DNA from: Macrostomum lignano
Lineage: Eukaryota
Reading direction: 5' to 3'
Assembly (NCBI GenBank): GCA_002269645.1
Contig: NIVC01001517.1
Span: forward strand, 1-64,000
Length of the DNA stretch: 64,000 bases
In this document: positions 24,182-35,598 of the stretch, in pieces
Layout: each line of letters opens with the position of its first letter
How positions within the stretch are numbered: the first letter of the stretch is position 1
Translations under genes and position numbers: made by a program
Notes under the pieces: model-generated
What the model was told of the DNA's origin: nothing
Seen by the model: only the letters and a program-made list of their open reading frames with translations
The model's database searches: none

Positions 24182-26442
24182 CTAAAATGAAATTTTGACC
24201 TGCTAGCTAGTTCCACCAGTGAACGAGCCGAGCCCGGCGCCGCTAAAGGCGGCGTCGGGCGAGAGCGAGAGAACCCGAGGCCCCACCAGGGGCCGAGGGC
24301 AAGTGAATAATTTCTACCCATGGCGGCCGAAGGCCGACATGGGCTAGAAAGTATTTACGAGTAAATAAGTTAGACTCTTATGCATTTTGAAATTTCACGT
24401 TTTTTTGCTAAAAAATGCTCCTGTTTTGCAACCACTGCACCAATTGAGTTGAGTGAGGTGTCGATCGATAGAAAACTTTTAGATCTATCGAATGAATGTA
24501 CTTTTAAATGCAGAGATTTTTTAAATGAGCCGTAAATTAACTGGAAAGACGATTTTTTCAAAAGTGCTTCTAGGAGATCTCAAAATTCTGGTACACCTTA
24601 CGAGATACAGCTTCGACATCTGAGGATCAAAGTTGTAAAACTAAATTTCCTACAAAATGGTATATGGCGCTTTGATTTATTTTGGTATCTTTATGTAGTT
24701 TTGGTGGGTTTTTTGGGTAAAAAATGACCCTCATTTTATTATTTCCCCACTTTTTCCTACGAAGCTTTTTGAGTTTCGGCTTCAAAGCAGTGCATTTGGA
24801 TGCGCAATGCAAATATCTACAAGTGTCTAAAGTTTAGTTTTCCTACGCTTCTGCAGTGCTGAGAAAATTGACAAAAATCGATTTTTCAAAAAATCACATG
24901 ACTTTCGCATTATTGCTCATTATAATTTTGAGAACATGGTGCGAATAAGCCAATATTGAATTTCTATAGCATAGTTGCTGTACTATATTGGTGTAAATTG
25001 CTGCCGTCTGCTTTCGCTGCTTTCGGATTGAAAAATCGATCAGAAATCGATAATTTGTGATTTTTGGCTGATTGGGTACCAGAAAAATGGGTGATTAAAA
25101 TTTTAAAAGATTTCTAGATCAAATGCGGATACTGCAACGAGTTGTACTAATGTCTGGCTAAAATTTACCAAGTTTTTGAGTGTCTGCAACAAGTGCTCAT
25201 GTGTCAAAAGTGATTGGAAATCAATCAGAGTAGTGATTTTTTAATATTTTGCTTGAAATCAGGCAAAAAAACGCAATAAGACGGCATTATTTTTATGACG
25301 GCTGATTTCCCAAAAAACGAGGCATATTTGTGTGCAATTTCTAGAGATTCGGTTCATTGGGTAAAAAATTATTGATAAAAAACTGAAAACTTGACTTTTT
25401 ATTTTTATGTTAGTTCTGGGGCTATTTAAACTGGAAATGGTACGAATTTTGCATTGAAACCAATGCACAGTGTTCCATATAGTTAATTTAACAAATTTCG
25501 TGAATTTCATAACCATTCGATGTTTTTTTCATGTAAAAAATGCCTTTTTTGCATCGAAATTCATCACATTAAGCTGCATACCGCTTTGCATAATCTGCAT
25601 TTGCATGTGATTGCTTGCATGGCTTTGGCATTGGGCTGAGTTAAGCTGGTTAGAAAGGAAGGAAAGGAAAGGAAAGGAAGGAATAATCGTACATACAATA
25701 TACACACCCGTCCCTTCCAAGTGGGGTTGTGGCAACGCAAGAGGGCTTGGCGGCTTGGTTTGGAGGGCGTGTAATAGAGCTTCATTTGACTCGCACACAA
25801 ACCAAGGGAAATTAGATCGATAAACGGGCGTCACGTGATTAGAATTTCATATTAAATTTAGCTCTTTAACTGCACATTTGAATTGCAAGCCCAGTACAAA
25901 GTTTGTCGGGCGCAAGATCCAAGTCACTACGTGTACAATCCTCCCCCCCGACTAAAAAGTCAGGCGATATGGCTTCTGAAGTAGGTATGTACAGTGTTTT
26001 GGAAAGACTTTATTTATAGCTTTCTTTGCAAAATATAACCCTGCTACGCTCTGGAGTCATTAGAAATTTTTTTATATTGAGGCCTTCTAAAGCCTATTAT
26101 AGAAGACTCGATTCCAGCTCATGGCTGCGGGTCAGATGAGAGAGAAAGAGAATAGAGAAGAGATAAAACTAAAGAGAAGATAAGAAATAAAATGAGAGCT
26201 AGAAGCGAGAGGAGAGGGGAGACTAGAGAGAGATTAGAGTGGAGAGAAACAGAACAAAGAGAGAAAATGGGAGAAGTAGAGATTTACATTTTTATTGAGC
26301 TTCTCAAAGTTCTTTTTCATCGGTACAAAACTAGGTTTATCAAGTAGTATGAAGACCCACGTCTAAAAAGAAGCCCGTTCACTGGTGGCAAAAAGACGTG
26401 TGCGTCTTCATACTAAAATGAAATTTTGACCTGCTAGCTAGT
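24182..26442. mobile_element. ~2.2-kb non-coding insertion flanked by 30-bp direct repeats, with subterminal inverted repeats and a right-end hairpin
   Basis: CTAAAATGAAATTTTGACCTGCTAGCTAGT at 24182-24211 and 26413-26442. CCACCAGTGAACGAGC (~24213) vs GCCCGTTCACTGGTGG (~26373). Hairpin arms AGTATGAAGAC...CACGTCT / AGACGTG...GTCTTCATACT. Confidence 0.65.
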
Positions 26443-27885
26443 AGCTACTATAAAAGATTATTTAGGCTAGGGCCTAGCTAGCTACCATATTAGGCCAAAG
26501 CCCAGAGTCTATACTATGAACTACTATATAGTTTGCTTAAATAGAACAATATCAGAGCCCACAAAGATAAAGCCAAGGACTAAAATGCATTACCCTTAGC
26601 TACTTCTATCCCAAGGATATGAAAGTTGCAAATGCAAATCCCCTTTTTGACTCTAATAAGGCCAGGGAAATTGGCTTTTAAAGCATAGCTTAAAGGCATA
26701 CATTTTGACACTTCCTCTATGGCCAATTATAGCTACTAAGGTATATCTTGATTGCTTTGCTTTGTTGCTTGTTGCTTTGCATTTAATTACTCTATTTGAC
26801 TTAAGTCATTGCTTATGTCATGAAATATTAGGCCTAAATTAATTTTTTATAAAACTAATTAAATTATTGTTAACAATTTCTGGTTTTTAATTTACTAATC
26901 TTGATGAAATTTATCTCTATCTATAGTGCATTTTGATTTTATTTCTATGTCTTTAGACTATAATATTTTATTGAGCCTAATAAAAAAACAAGTAATTAAT
27001 TGAGTTATAAATCGAAATGAACTTCAAAATTTTTAAAATCTAGGCCTAGCAAATATCTGAGAGAGCAGTTCTAAAATGAGTTATATAAAAGGCCTCTACA
27101 TTAGGTTGAGTGACAGTGTTGAATCCAACGGGTATGACTCATGTGTGAAATTCTCAGTGACTGCAGTCTGCAGGAGAGGACAGAAAGGGTCAACTTGTTC
27201 AAGTACCTATATTGAATCGATAAGCATATGAGGAAGCAAAGGATAAGCATAGTTGGTTTGGTGATTGCAGTAGTAGGTTAGTAACAAAGTGGGTCAGGCG
27301 AGACAGCCTGTTCGGCCAATAAAAGGTAAACGACCGTATATTTTGTTAACTGGCTTTGATCTTTGAGTGTGACTAACTAACCACGAATGGTTTCTATGAA
27401 ATTGTTGATTTTGAATTTGCAAGATTTTAAATATTTACGGTATATAAAAGGAAAAGCGAAGAGAGCAAAAAACAAAGTACGAAGAGGAGGGATAGCAATA
27501 CATGTACCAGTAACATAAAAATGTTTGTAATCAGTTAGTTTGTCGTAGTAAAATGCGATTGTATTTTGACCTTAATGGGTACACTTGTAGAAAAGCGGAA
27601 CCCGAATTCAATGCAACTAAAAGATTATAATACACCACTTTAATCCATCCGATCCAATAAATAATTAAAATTTTCATTTGCCAAAATAAAAAGGAAAAAA
27701 CAAAGGAAACGAAAGACAGGGACAAAAGTTTAAGACCGACACGATTCTCTTTCATGCAGTGTATGGGACACAGGATGTGAAGAGGGGAGAAATAAATAGA
27801 GGGGAGGGAATTAAGAAGGAGAGAGGAGAGAGAATAGAGAGAAGAGATGAGGAGAGAGAGGAGAGAGAATAGAGAGGGAGAGAAG

Positions 27886-28160
27886 GGGGCCGTAGCCCAG
27901 CGGTAGCGCAGCTGCTCTGGTGTGCCAGCGACCCAGGCTCGATTCCAAGTGCAGTCACATTAATTTGGGGCTGAATTGGAATCTCTGCTTGGCTCTGCTC
28001 GTGCAATAAAAGGCCTTGAGAGCCAACCCCCAAGGCGCAGTGAAGTTTACATGCCTAAACGATAATATAAAGTTAAGGCCGCTGTACACTCCCTGTGTGA
28101 GTGTGTGCCTGCGTACGTATCCGCGCGCTTGTGTGCCTGCTCAGGGGAGTCGGCGGAATG
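27886..28160 (+). mobile_element. SINE family 2 (tRNA-like head), copy a
   Basis: Head GGGGCCGTAGCCCAGCGGTAGCGC...GGCTCGATTCC. Body GCCAACCCCCAAGGCGCAGTGAAGTTTACATGCC...GGAGTCGGCGGAATGGGCAG recurs at ~33975, ~34730 (minus) and ~45300. Confidence 0.75.
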
Positions 28161-29112
28161 GGCAGTAAGCCTGCGCTACAACTCAAAGGGCCCGAGGGTC
28201 GGATACAGAGGCTTAAGCTTTGCGGGTCGGAGTTTGCCGACCCCTGACGTACATGTAGACTCTCGTGGAGTTACCCCAGGTACATGTAGAAAGATCGGTT
28301 CTGAAGGGAAGGGTTTCACACGGGGTGATGACGTCAAAACACCGCAGCTGTAACCCTATTATTCTCGCATCCTCAACTCCCGTGGCAAATGTCACCGGCT
28401 TCGAACTTGTCTTGACATTTCCTAAATAAGGAAGCTGTCAGATCCATGACAGATAATTAGAGGAGAAGGCACGGCTGCAATTCAAGTTTTTTCTAGATTC
28501 AAGTGGAAGTGAAAATCAATTTGTTATATAGATATTTTACTAAGCTGCAGCTGATACTGATATTTGTAATACGCGATACTACTTTATCACTTCAAGCGCT
28601 GAACTAGCTCTGCTGTCGGTACTGATTAAGAAACTCAGAGGATGAGTCCAAATTGAAACATTTCAAAAACAGTGTTCGTTTTTATCAATGTGCTATACCC
28701 ATAGGACGTGTTTTCAAGTGCCTCATCTACGTTACTACCTATACTACTGAGAGATCCTAAGGCTAGCATTAAATTGCAATTGGAGTCGGAATGACAAATT
28801 TCTTCTGCTTATAAAATACCACAGTATGTAACTCAGTACATTTACCAGCTGTACTGAGGCAAGAGGATTAAAATAGAAACGCTCACTGTAGATTCAAAGT
28901 GCACGCGTTGGGCTGTGGCTGTACAGTAGGTGGCAGCGGGCGCGCACATAATAGCCAAGCGATTATGTCTCTCGCTTTCTACAAGGTACTAAAGCCAACT
29001 TAACTGGCGAGCGGTTATAATTAAGCATGAAATTTGCTGATAAGTAAGGTAATGCGTTAATCACTGCTACTTGCTCGCTAGAATAGCAAGGTACTCACGA
29101 CTGCTGCTTACG

Positions 29113-32100
29113 ATGAGCATCAGCCTAGAGCATCTACGGCTGCTGTCGGCCTGCGAAATGGGAGACGTCCAAGAGGCACGTCGGCTACTGCTGGCGGGGG
29201 TTTCGCCCGAATGCTGCGAGGCCGACACCAGAGAGACTCCCGTCTACGTAGCTGCCAGGTGAGAACATCCCATTCTTATGCATTTCTGGGCTAAACAGAG
29301 GAGCAAAAACTGAATCGGAGATTTGCTCATCATCCGCGCCGAGTCGTACTGCCCACAGCCGATGCAGGAGGTGCTATTGCTAACGCTGCAGGCCCCCTAC
29401 CGGCGGGGACAGGCGCGCACTCAGCTTTTCATCAACTGCCTGCTAGCTGACGCCGGCGCCCCGGATTCGGCTGGCGGCGTGGCGTTCATTCGCGGCCTGG
29501 CCTTGAAGCGCGCCCTGAGACGCTGACAGCGTATTCTGTTGTTGTTGTTATGCTTTAACAATAATCCTTTTAACCATCTTTTTCCTTAGAAAAAAGCCTT
29601 CGAGAGCTTCAGATAGCTTGAATGTCAAATTTCAAAGTCTAGAAGCTGGGAGCTATATTCCCATATAGATTTTTTTTGGTTTCGCTCCCAGCTGGTTTCT
29701 AATCTGCTGTTCTGTGATAAGATTAAGATTGCAGTCGGCTCTGGGCTTTACTGGTGTCCTGCAAGGCTGGCTAAATACTATAGGGCTGGGAAACCAGCGG
29801 TTTGCTTATTTCCAACAACACAACAAAATACGCAATCAGATCTTCTAAAAACAACGTCTGCAGCAGAACCTCCTGCATCGTCTGCAGAGAGTACCACGAT
29901 ATCACGCGCAGCGATCGCGTGACATCGCGTGTTGCGTTGTTGCTCTGCCGTTACTCTGATAATTTTTGTAGCCAGGGTCTTTGGATTCTAGAAGAAGATA
30001 ACAAAATTGCCAACGTAGCCTTTAAAATAGAGAACTCGCGGCGACCCGCGAAAGCGTTTCGAGGTCGAATCGATTTTTTAACTGTCTTTAATTTTCATAA
30101 GTAGTTAGCGGTATCAGGGTACGAGTAGTTAAGATAAATAAAATTGGCAAAAAATTCGTTGAAAACGATTTTAAAACATCGATGCAGAGAAGGACACGCA
30201 AGAGTCGTCGACTTGCTGGCCCGTTTTGGAGCTGACATCGATCACACGGAGGTGGACGGCTTCAGTCCGCTTTACATGGCCGCTCAGAATGACCACTGCG
30301 CAGCTGCCGAGCGGCTCCTGGTGGCCCAGGCGGACGTGAACCTGCCGCAGCAAAACGGCGGCACCCCACTGCTCATCGCAACTCAGCAGGGCCACGGCGG
30401 CATGGTCCGGCGACTCATTCAGGCCAAAGCCGACGTAAATTGCGGTAACGTCAATGGCACAACGCCGCTGTACATTGCCTCTCAGTACGGAAACGCAGGC
30501 CTCATCCAGCGGCTTTTGGACGCTGGCGCCGCGCCCGATCAGCCAGAAACCGACGGCACCGCGCCTCTGTGGGTCGCGGCTCAGAACGGACACTTCGAAG
30601 CGGTCGAGCGACTTGTGCAGGCCGGCTGCGAGCTGGATCCGCGCCGCCTCGAGACCCAGTCGACACCGCTGTTCATCGCAGCTGAGAACAACAACCTGGA
30701 CATTGTGGAGCTGCTGATCACGGCGGGAGCAAACACGGAACTGGCTGACTATCACAACCAGACGCCGCTGTACACGGCGGCATGGAGTGGCTATTTGTCC
30801 GTTGTTGAACGCCTGATCGAAGCTGGAGCCGCTGTCGATGTTGCGAGATCTGACGACGGCACAACCGCGCTGTTTCGCGCGGCGATTCGAGACCATGCGG
30901 CACTCGTTAAACGTCTGGCCGCCGCCGGGGCCAACGTCAACCACCCGGCAAGGAACGGTCACACCGCCCTGGTTGCCGTCTCTCTAAAAGGTGACGCAAA
31001 GATGGCGGCTCTGCTGCTACAGCTGGGCGCCGACGCAACTGTGGCGTGCGGAAACGAAAATCCGCCACTGACGCCGCTTCGGGCGGCAGTCGAGTTCAAT
31101 CGAGTGGCCGTGGTTCGAGTGCTGCTAGACGACGCTTTTGCCAAAGGGCGGCGGTTCAACAACTGCGACGAAGCGTTTCGCCGCGACGCTCTGGACTGCA
31201 CCAGACTGTCTCGGCGGAGAGGCTTGAGGGAAATCGCCAGCCAGCTGGGAGCGTTCTGGAACACGCGGCCTGTGACTCCGGGGCAGCAACAGAGTCAAAT
31301 TTTGACGGTAGAGAGCAGGTGAAAATAGGAGCCTCTGAAATGTTTATATAACTTTTCCTTTTGGTGTTTCTCAGAAAAAAATGAAATAGACATTTAATGG
31401 GTTTGATTTGGGTCAGCTAAATGTCATATTTTTGGTCGCATCCATACACTAGAGAGCACATTAGGACACTCAGAGAGTAAAACATTTCTTAGAACACCTT
31501 ATAACCAATTTTTACCAACTATTTCAGTAACATCACACAGTCAAGAGCGGCTGAACTCCGAGGACCTCAAAGCCTTCACGAAGCGTTCAACGCTGCCGGT
31601 TTCACCAGCGATCGGGCGGCCTTCCAGTGCGCCATGTCGGACGTGCTCGAGGAGGTGATCCGCGGCCACAGGAACACCAGAGAAGTGAACCTTGTGGGCA
31701 GCTACAGCGAGGGCTGGGGCAACAGCCTGGTTTCGCTGAACGGTCGCACGGACCCAGACTCAGATCTGGACATAACAGAGTTCTCGCACAGGAGACTGTT
31801 CCACATTCGGGGCAGGTGTCGCTGCACTGAGCCCCAGGTGGAAGATGTCCTGGACTACGACAGGGGCCATGTGCTCTACGAAGGAGCCAGTAAGTTTGTT
31901 GTGTTCGGTCTTCGCTGCAAAAATAAAGTCGCACTAAAAAGTTCCGAAGATATGCAATAAAATGTTGATCGTTACCTGCAGGCTCCAACCCGTCCCTGCC
32001 GGACAGAGGCTCCGATCTCAGGCCCGCCATGGACCTGGTGCCAGCGTTCGCTTGCTGCTCCTACCCGGATATTGCCGTTCTGCATCAGCAGGACACTTAC

Positions 32101-33423
32101 CTGCCAAAGCTGCTGTTAGCCGAACTGCGAGCGGAGCTGTCGCGGCCTCGCTCCTGCCACCTGATCCGCGCCTCGGCTCCCGGTTTCGAGGCCAAGCAGA
32201 TGCGGGTAAGCACGACCTTCTTTGAGAAACGGTTCATGCGCAGTCTCACCGCAGTCCAGGGACAGCTGTTCCTGACACTCAAGTTCCTCATCAAGCGGGT
32301 CATTGGCAAGGAGCTGAATGTACACGGACTCAAGTCCTATCACGCAAAGACGCTCACGTTCCGCATGGTGACTAGCATGGAGCCAAGACTGTGGCAGCCG
32401 GAGAACCTCAGGGAGCTGGTCTGTACCGCTCTTGAGGATTTGCGCCACTGCTTGACCACCGCTCCGCCTGGCGAGTGCATGCCGCACTACTTCATGCAGG
32501 ACGCCCCGCTCTACCTGCGGCGGGGCAGCTCAGCCAAGGCCGAGGTGATCGCCGCTCTGGACAAGGTGAAGAGCAACTTGGCAATGTACTTGTCCAGTCT
32601 GGCGTCACAACTGCAGCCACTGACGGATGCTCAGGCCAGCTTCCGGCTGCATCCGTTCACGTTGCTACCGATCTACCTGGTGCTGCCTTGGCCAGACGAA
32701 GGAGAGCTGCAGTACCACCACCTGTACGCTGTTGTTCGCAAGCTCGTGCTCGATCTGGGAGCGCCAAAAACTCCGAGGACTCAGGCCGAATTGCAGGAGA
32801 TGTACCGCCTGGCACAGCGACTGCCTTATTGCGCGCTCACCGCCCGCACCTGCCTACTCGCGCTGGCGCTGCTCCGAATGTCGCGTCCGTCAGAGGCAGC
32901 TCAGCAGCTGCGGCTCAGCCTGGGCTTCGAGAGGCGTCATCAGCGACCACTGCTGCGCAGCCTGCCGGTGGGCCTGGCCGCCGGGCAGGACGACGGCGGC
33001 CGCGGCAACATCCGCCGCCTGCTGGAGACGACAGACTCGGCATGGCGGTTCTGCTTCTACTACGAGTCTCTGCCGGGCCCCAGCTTCCACTACCTGCTGC
33101 CGAGTCCTAGCGCCTACGCTAGCTTCCCCTGCATCATGGCCAGCTACGAGAACTTCTTCTACGTAAACTTCGAGGCTCTGGCCAGATTGCTGATGTGCCA
33201 GCTGGCTCCGGACCTGCTGACTACCGCTGAGACGGACAGCTGGTTCCGGGAGCTGCAGACCGGCGACCCGGACTGGCTGGAGGTGGCCGTGCTCGCCCAG
33301 CACAGCCGCCGGCCTGAGCAGCTGAGGTGGGCGCTCAGCTGGCTGAGCAGTGCGCGGCCGGAAAGCCTCGAAATGCTTCGCGATATTCGAGAGAAGATCG
33401 ATCGGCTGCGGGCGCCGGAGTGA
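29113..33423 (+). CDS. Ankyrin-repeat / Mab-21 (cGAS-like receptor) nucleotidyltransferase, ~1026 aa; exons 29113-29258, 30188-31318, 31528-31889, 31982-33423
   Basis: About 10 ankyrin repeats (G-x-T-P-L-x-x-A-A). NTase motif VGSYSEGWG...DSDLD; MDLVPAF; Mab-21 C-lobe RVSTTFFEK...LKFLIK...LKSYHAKTLTF...W.PENL...MPHYFM. GT-AG junctions give an intact 3081-nt frame. Confidence 0.87.
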
Positions 33424-33534
33424 CGGAGCTGCTGCGGTTTCAGCAGCCTTAAACACCGAAGTCAGTGAACCAATGGACAATAGCAGAATTTGTAGTAAAG
33501 CCAGGAGACAGTTCGTTAATTTATGAAATATTGA

Positions 33535-33820
33535 TTACACCTGCTTTAATAGGCAGATATGCAACCGACAGCTCAGCCGCAGCTATTGCGCGGCGCATCT
33601 GAAGGCTGCGTACGGCTGTTCAGTCCAAGGACTGGGGGGTCGCCACACACACCCCTCCATTATCCCAGCTAATGCCATGGCACCCATTTTACAGCTGGGT
33701 GAACTGAAGCAATGCAGAGCTAAGTGTCTTGCTCAAGGACACAGATTGTTCCGAGTGGCTCGAGAATCGAACCCCCGACCTTTCAGTTGTGAGTCCGACG
33801 CTCTAATCACTAGGCTACGA
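33535..33820 (-). mobile_element. SINE family 1 copy f
   Basis: Reverse-complement match to copy e. Confidence 0.85.
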
Positions 33821-33971
33821 CTTCCCCCAGGAACCCCTCAAAGCCCCCGTTTGACTAATTTATTTCCCTGTCGCTCTGCGTACAGCACGCACGCTACGCC
33901 CACAGCCGATTCAATAGCAGTACAAAATCAGATTGCGCGAAAACTTTTGTAGCTGGCGCAATCAACTCACT

Positions 33972-34150
33972 TGAGGGGCCAACCCCCAAGGCACAGTGAA
34001 GTGTACATGCCTAACGATAAATAAAGTTAGGGCCGCTGTACACTCCTGTGTGAGTTTGTGCCTGTGCGTATGACTGCAGTGTACGTATCCGTGCGCTTGT
34101 GTGCCTGCTCAGAGGAGTCGGCGGAATGGGCAGTGATGCCACTCGCCGGT
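33972..34150 (+). mobile_element. SINE family 2 body fragment (copy b)
   Basis: Near-identical to 28020-28160. Confidence 0.75.
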
Positions 34151-34729
34151 TTTGGGCAATGTCACTCAAGAGACAAAGTCTTGAGAGAAATTATTCTTGT
34201 CTTGTCTTATTCTAGTCTTGAGGGATAATTTCACAACGATCGAAATTAAAATCTTAAAGTTAGATACTTCAAACTCTTCGATCGATTAATAAACCAACCG
34301 ACAGGTTTACAATTTTAAATAAAAAACCTTTCTGAGTCTTAGATGCAGAAATACTCAGCAACTGCTAATCGATGCCTTTTTCCCATCATTTGACAGACAA
34401 AACACCTTATTCTTTGTCTAATAATTCTGTTAGACTTGCATGCATTCAAGGGTTCCCAGACCTAAGGGAGAGAAATGGACCTTTGCAGAGCTCTCATCGT
34501 TAGATTGGCTGCATGCAGTTAGAATAAACAAGAATGCAGGCCTAAATGGGGCTATCTCGTGTTTTCATCTAGCCATGTTGTCTGCTGAAGGTGGCTGTTG
34601 TTTGAGTCTTTTATGCAATCGTTCTGTTGCAAAAGTGCAAATTGCAGCTCATCAACTTTCATTAATTCATTATTGCGGAGGGGCTGCTCAACGCTCTTGG
34701 CGACACCGTCCCACACAACCAGCGCTAAG

Positions 34730-34900
34730 GCAATACACTCATACACACACTCTCACAGGGTGTAGAGCGGCTCTGACTTCCTGATCGTCAGGCATGTAAA
34801 CTCTCTCTGTGCCTTTGTGGTTGGCCCTCATGGCCAATTCTCGTGCACAAGTCAAGTCCCAAGATACTGTGGCCGCGAGCGGAATCGAACCAGGGACTCT
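34730..34900 (-). mobile_element. SINE family 2-related copy c
   Basis: Minus strand reads GGTTCGATTCCG (B box)...GAGGGCCAACCACAAAGGCACAG...GTTTACATGCCTGACG...AGAGCCGCTCTACAC. Confidence 0.65.
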
Positions 34901-35598
34901 TTTTATTGTAGCTACGGTCGTATAAATATATTTTTTTAAACTTTTGAAAAGCCTTTCATGAAAGCTCCTTAAAATTGAAATAATTAGCTATAAATGTATG
35001 AATACCCTGTCGCAGCTTGATTGTGTTTGAGCAGTCTTGCTGGACTGGGCAAGAGTTGCTAATTAGGCAGACATGGAAGCTTAAGAGAAATTGCAACTGC
35101 CTGAATTTTACCACCAAGAAATGCATTAAGGGTTCTTTGTAGAATTTGATGACCTTTTGTGCCTCCCGATGCAATATTCTATTCTCTGCTACACCTGGCG
35201 AGTGCCTGAGGCTGGCAGCTCTGATGGGTTCTCAGACAGGCTGCTCACGCTCAGCAAACACAATGGGAGCTGAACCCAGAGCGGGTGAAATTCTCCAGCA
35301 AAAATATTCAAAGAAGCCAGGCAAGGAGAGAGAAGGCAGCTGCAAATACGCAGTTTTTGGCTAAACAGTGCCTCGATGCCGTTCCCATGGTGACTGCTAG
35401 TGAAACAGCTTTAGACATGATATAAATTTTTAAACAACTGAGTTCCACCAATCATTAGGGCGATGAGGAGTAGCGGAGTCTGAGTGGCAGCTGAGGCCAG
35501 TTAAAGCTGGAAACTCACGCAATTTCCACACGCGGCGCAGCGTTTTTGTTTTCTTGAAGCCAGCCTAAAATTAGACAAACTTTTTCATTGCTGTCGGC

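Noticed and set aside
27215-27260. Candidate CPQ signal-peptide exon (MLILCFLICLSIQY)
   Set aside because: Its donor is phase 2, whereas the next CPQ exon needs phase 0.
29323-29526. GC-rich mini-ORF in intron 1 of the ankyrin-cGLR gene as an alternative exon
   Set aside because: No phase-compatible acceptor was found and no motif was recognised.
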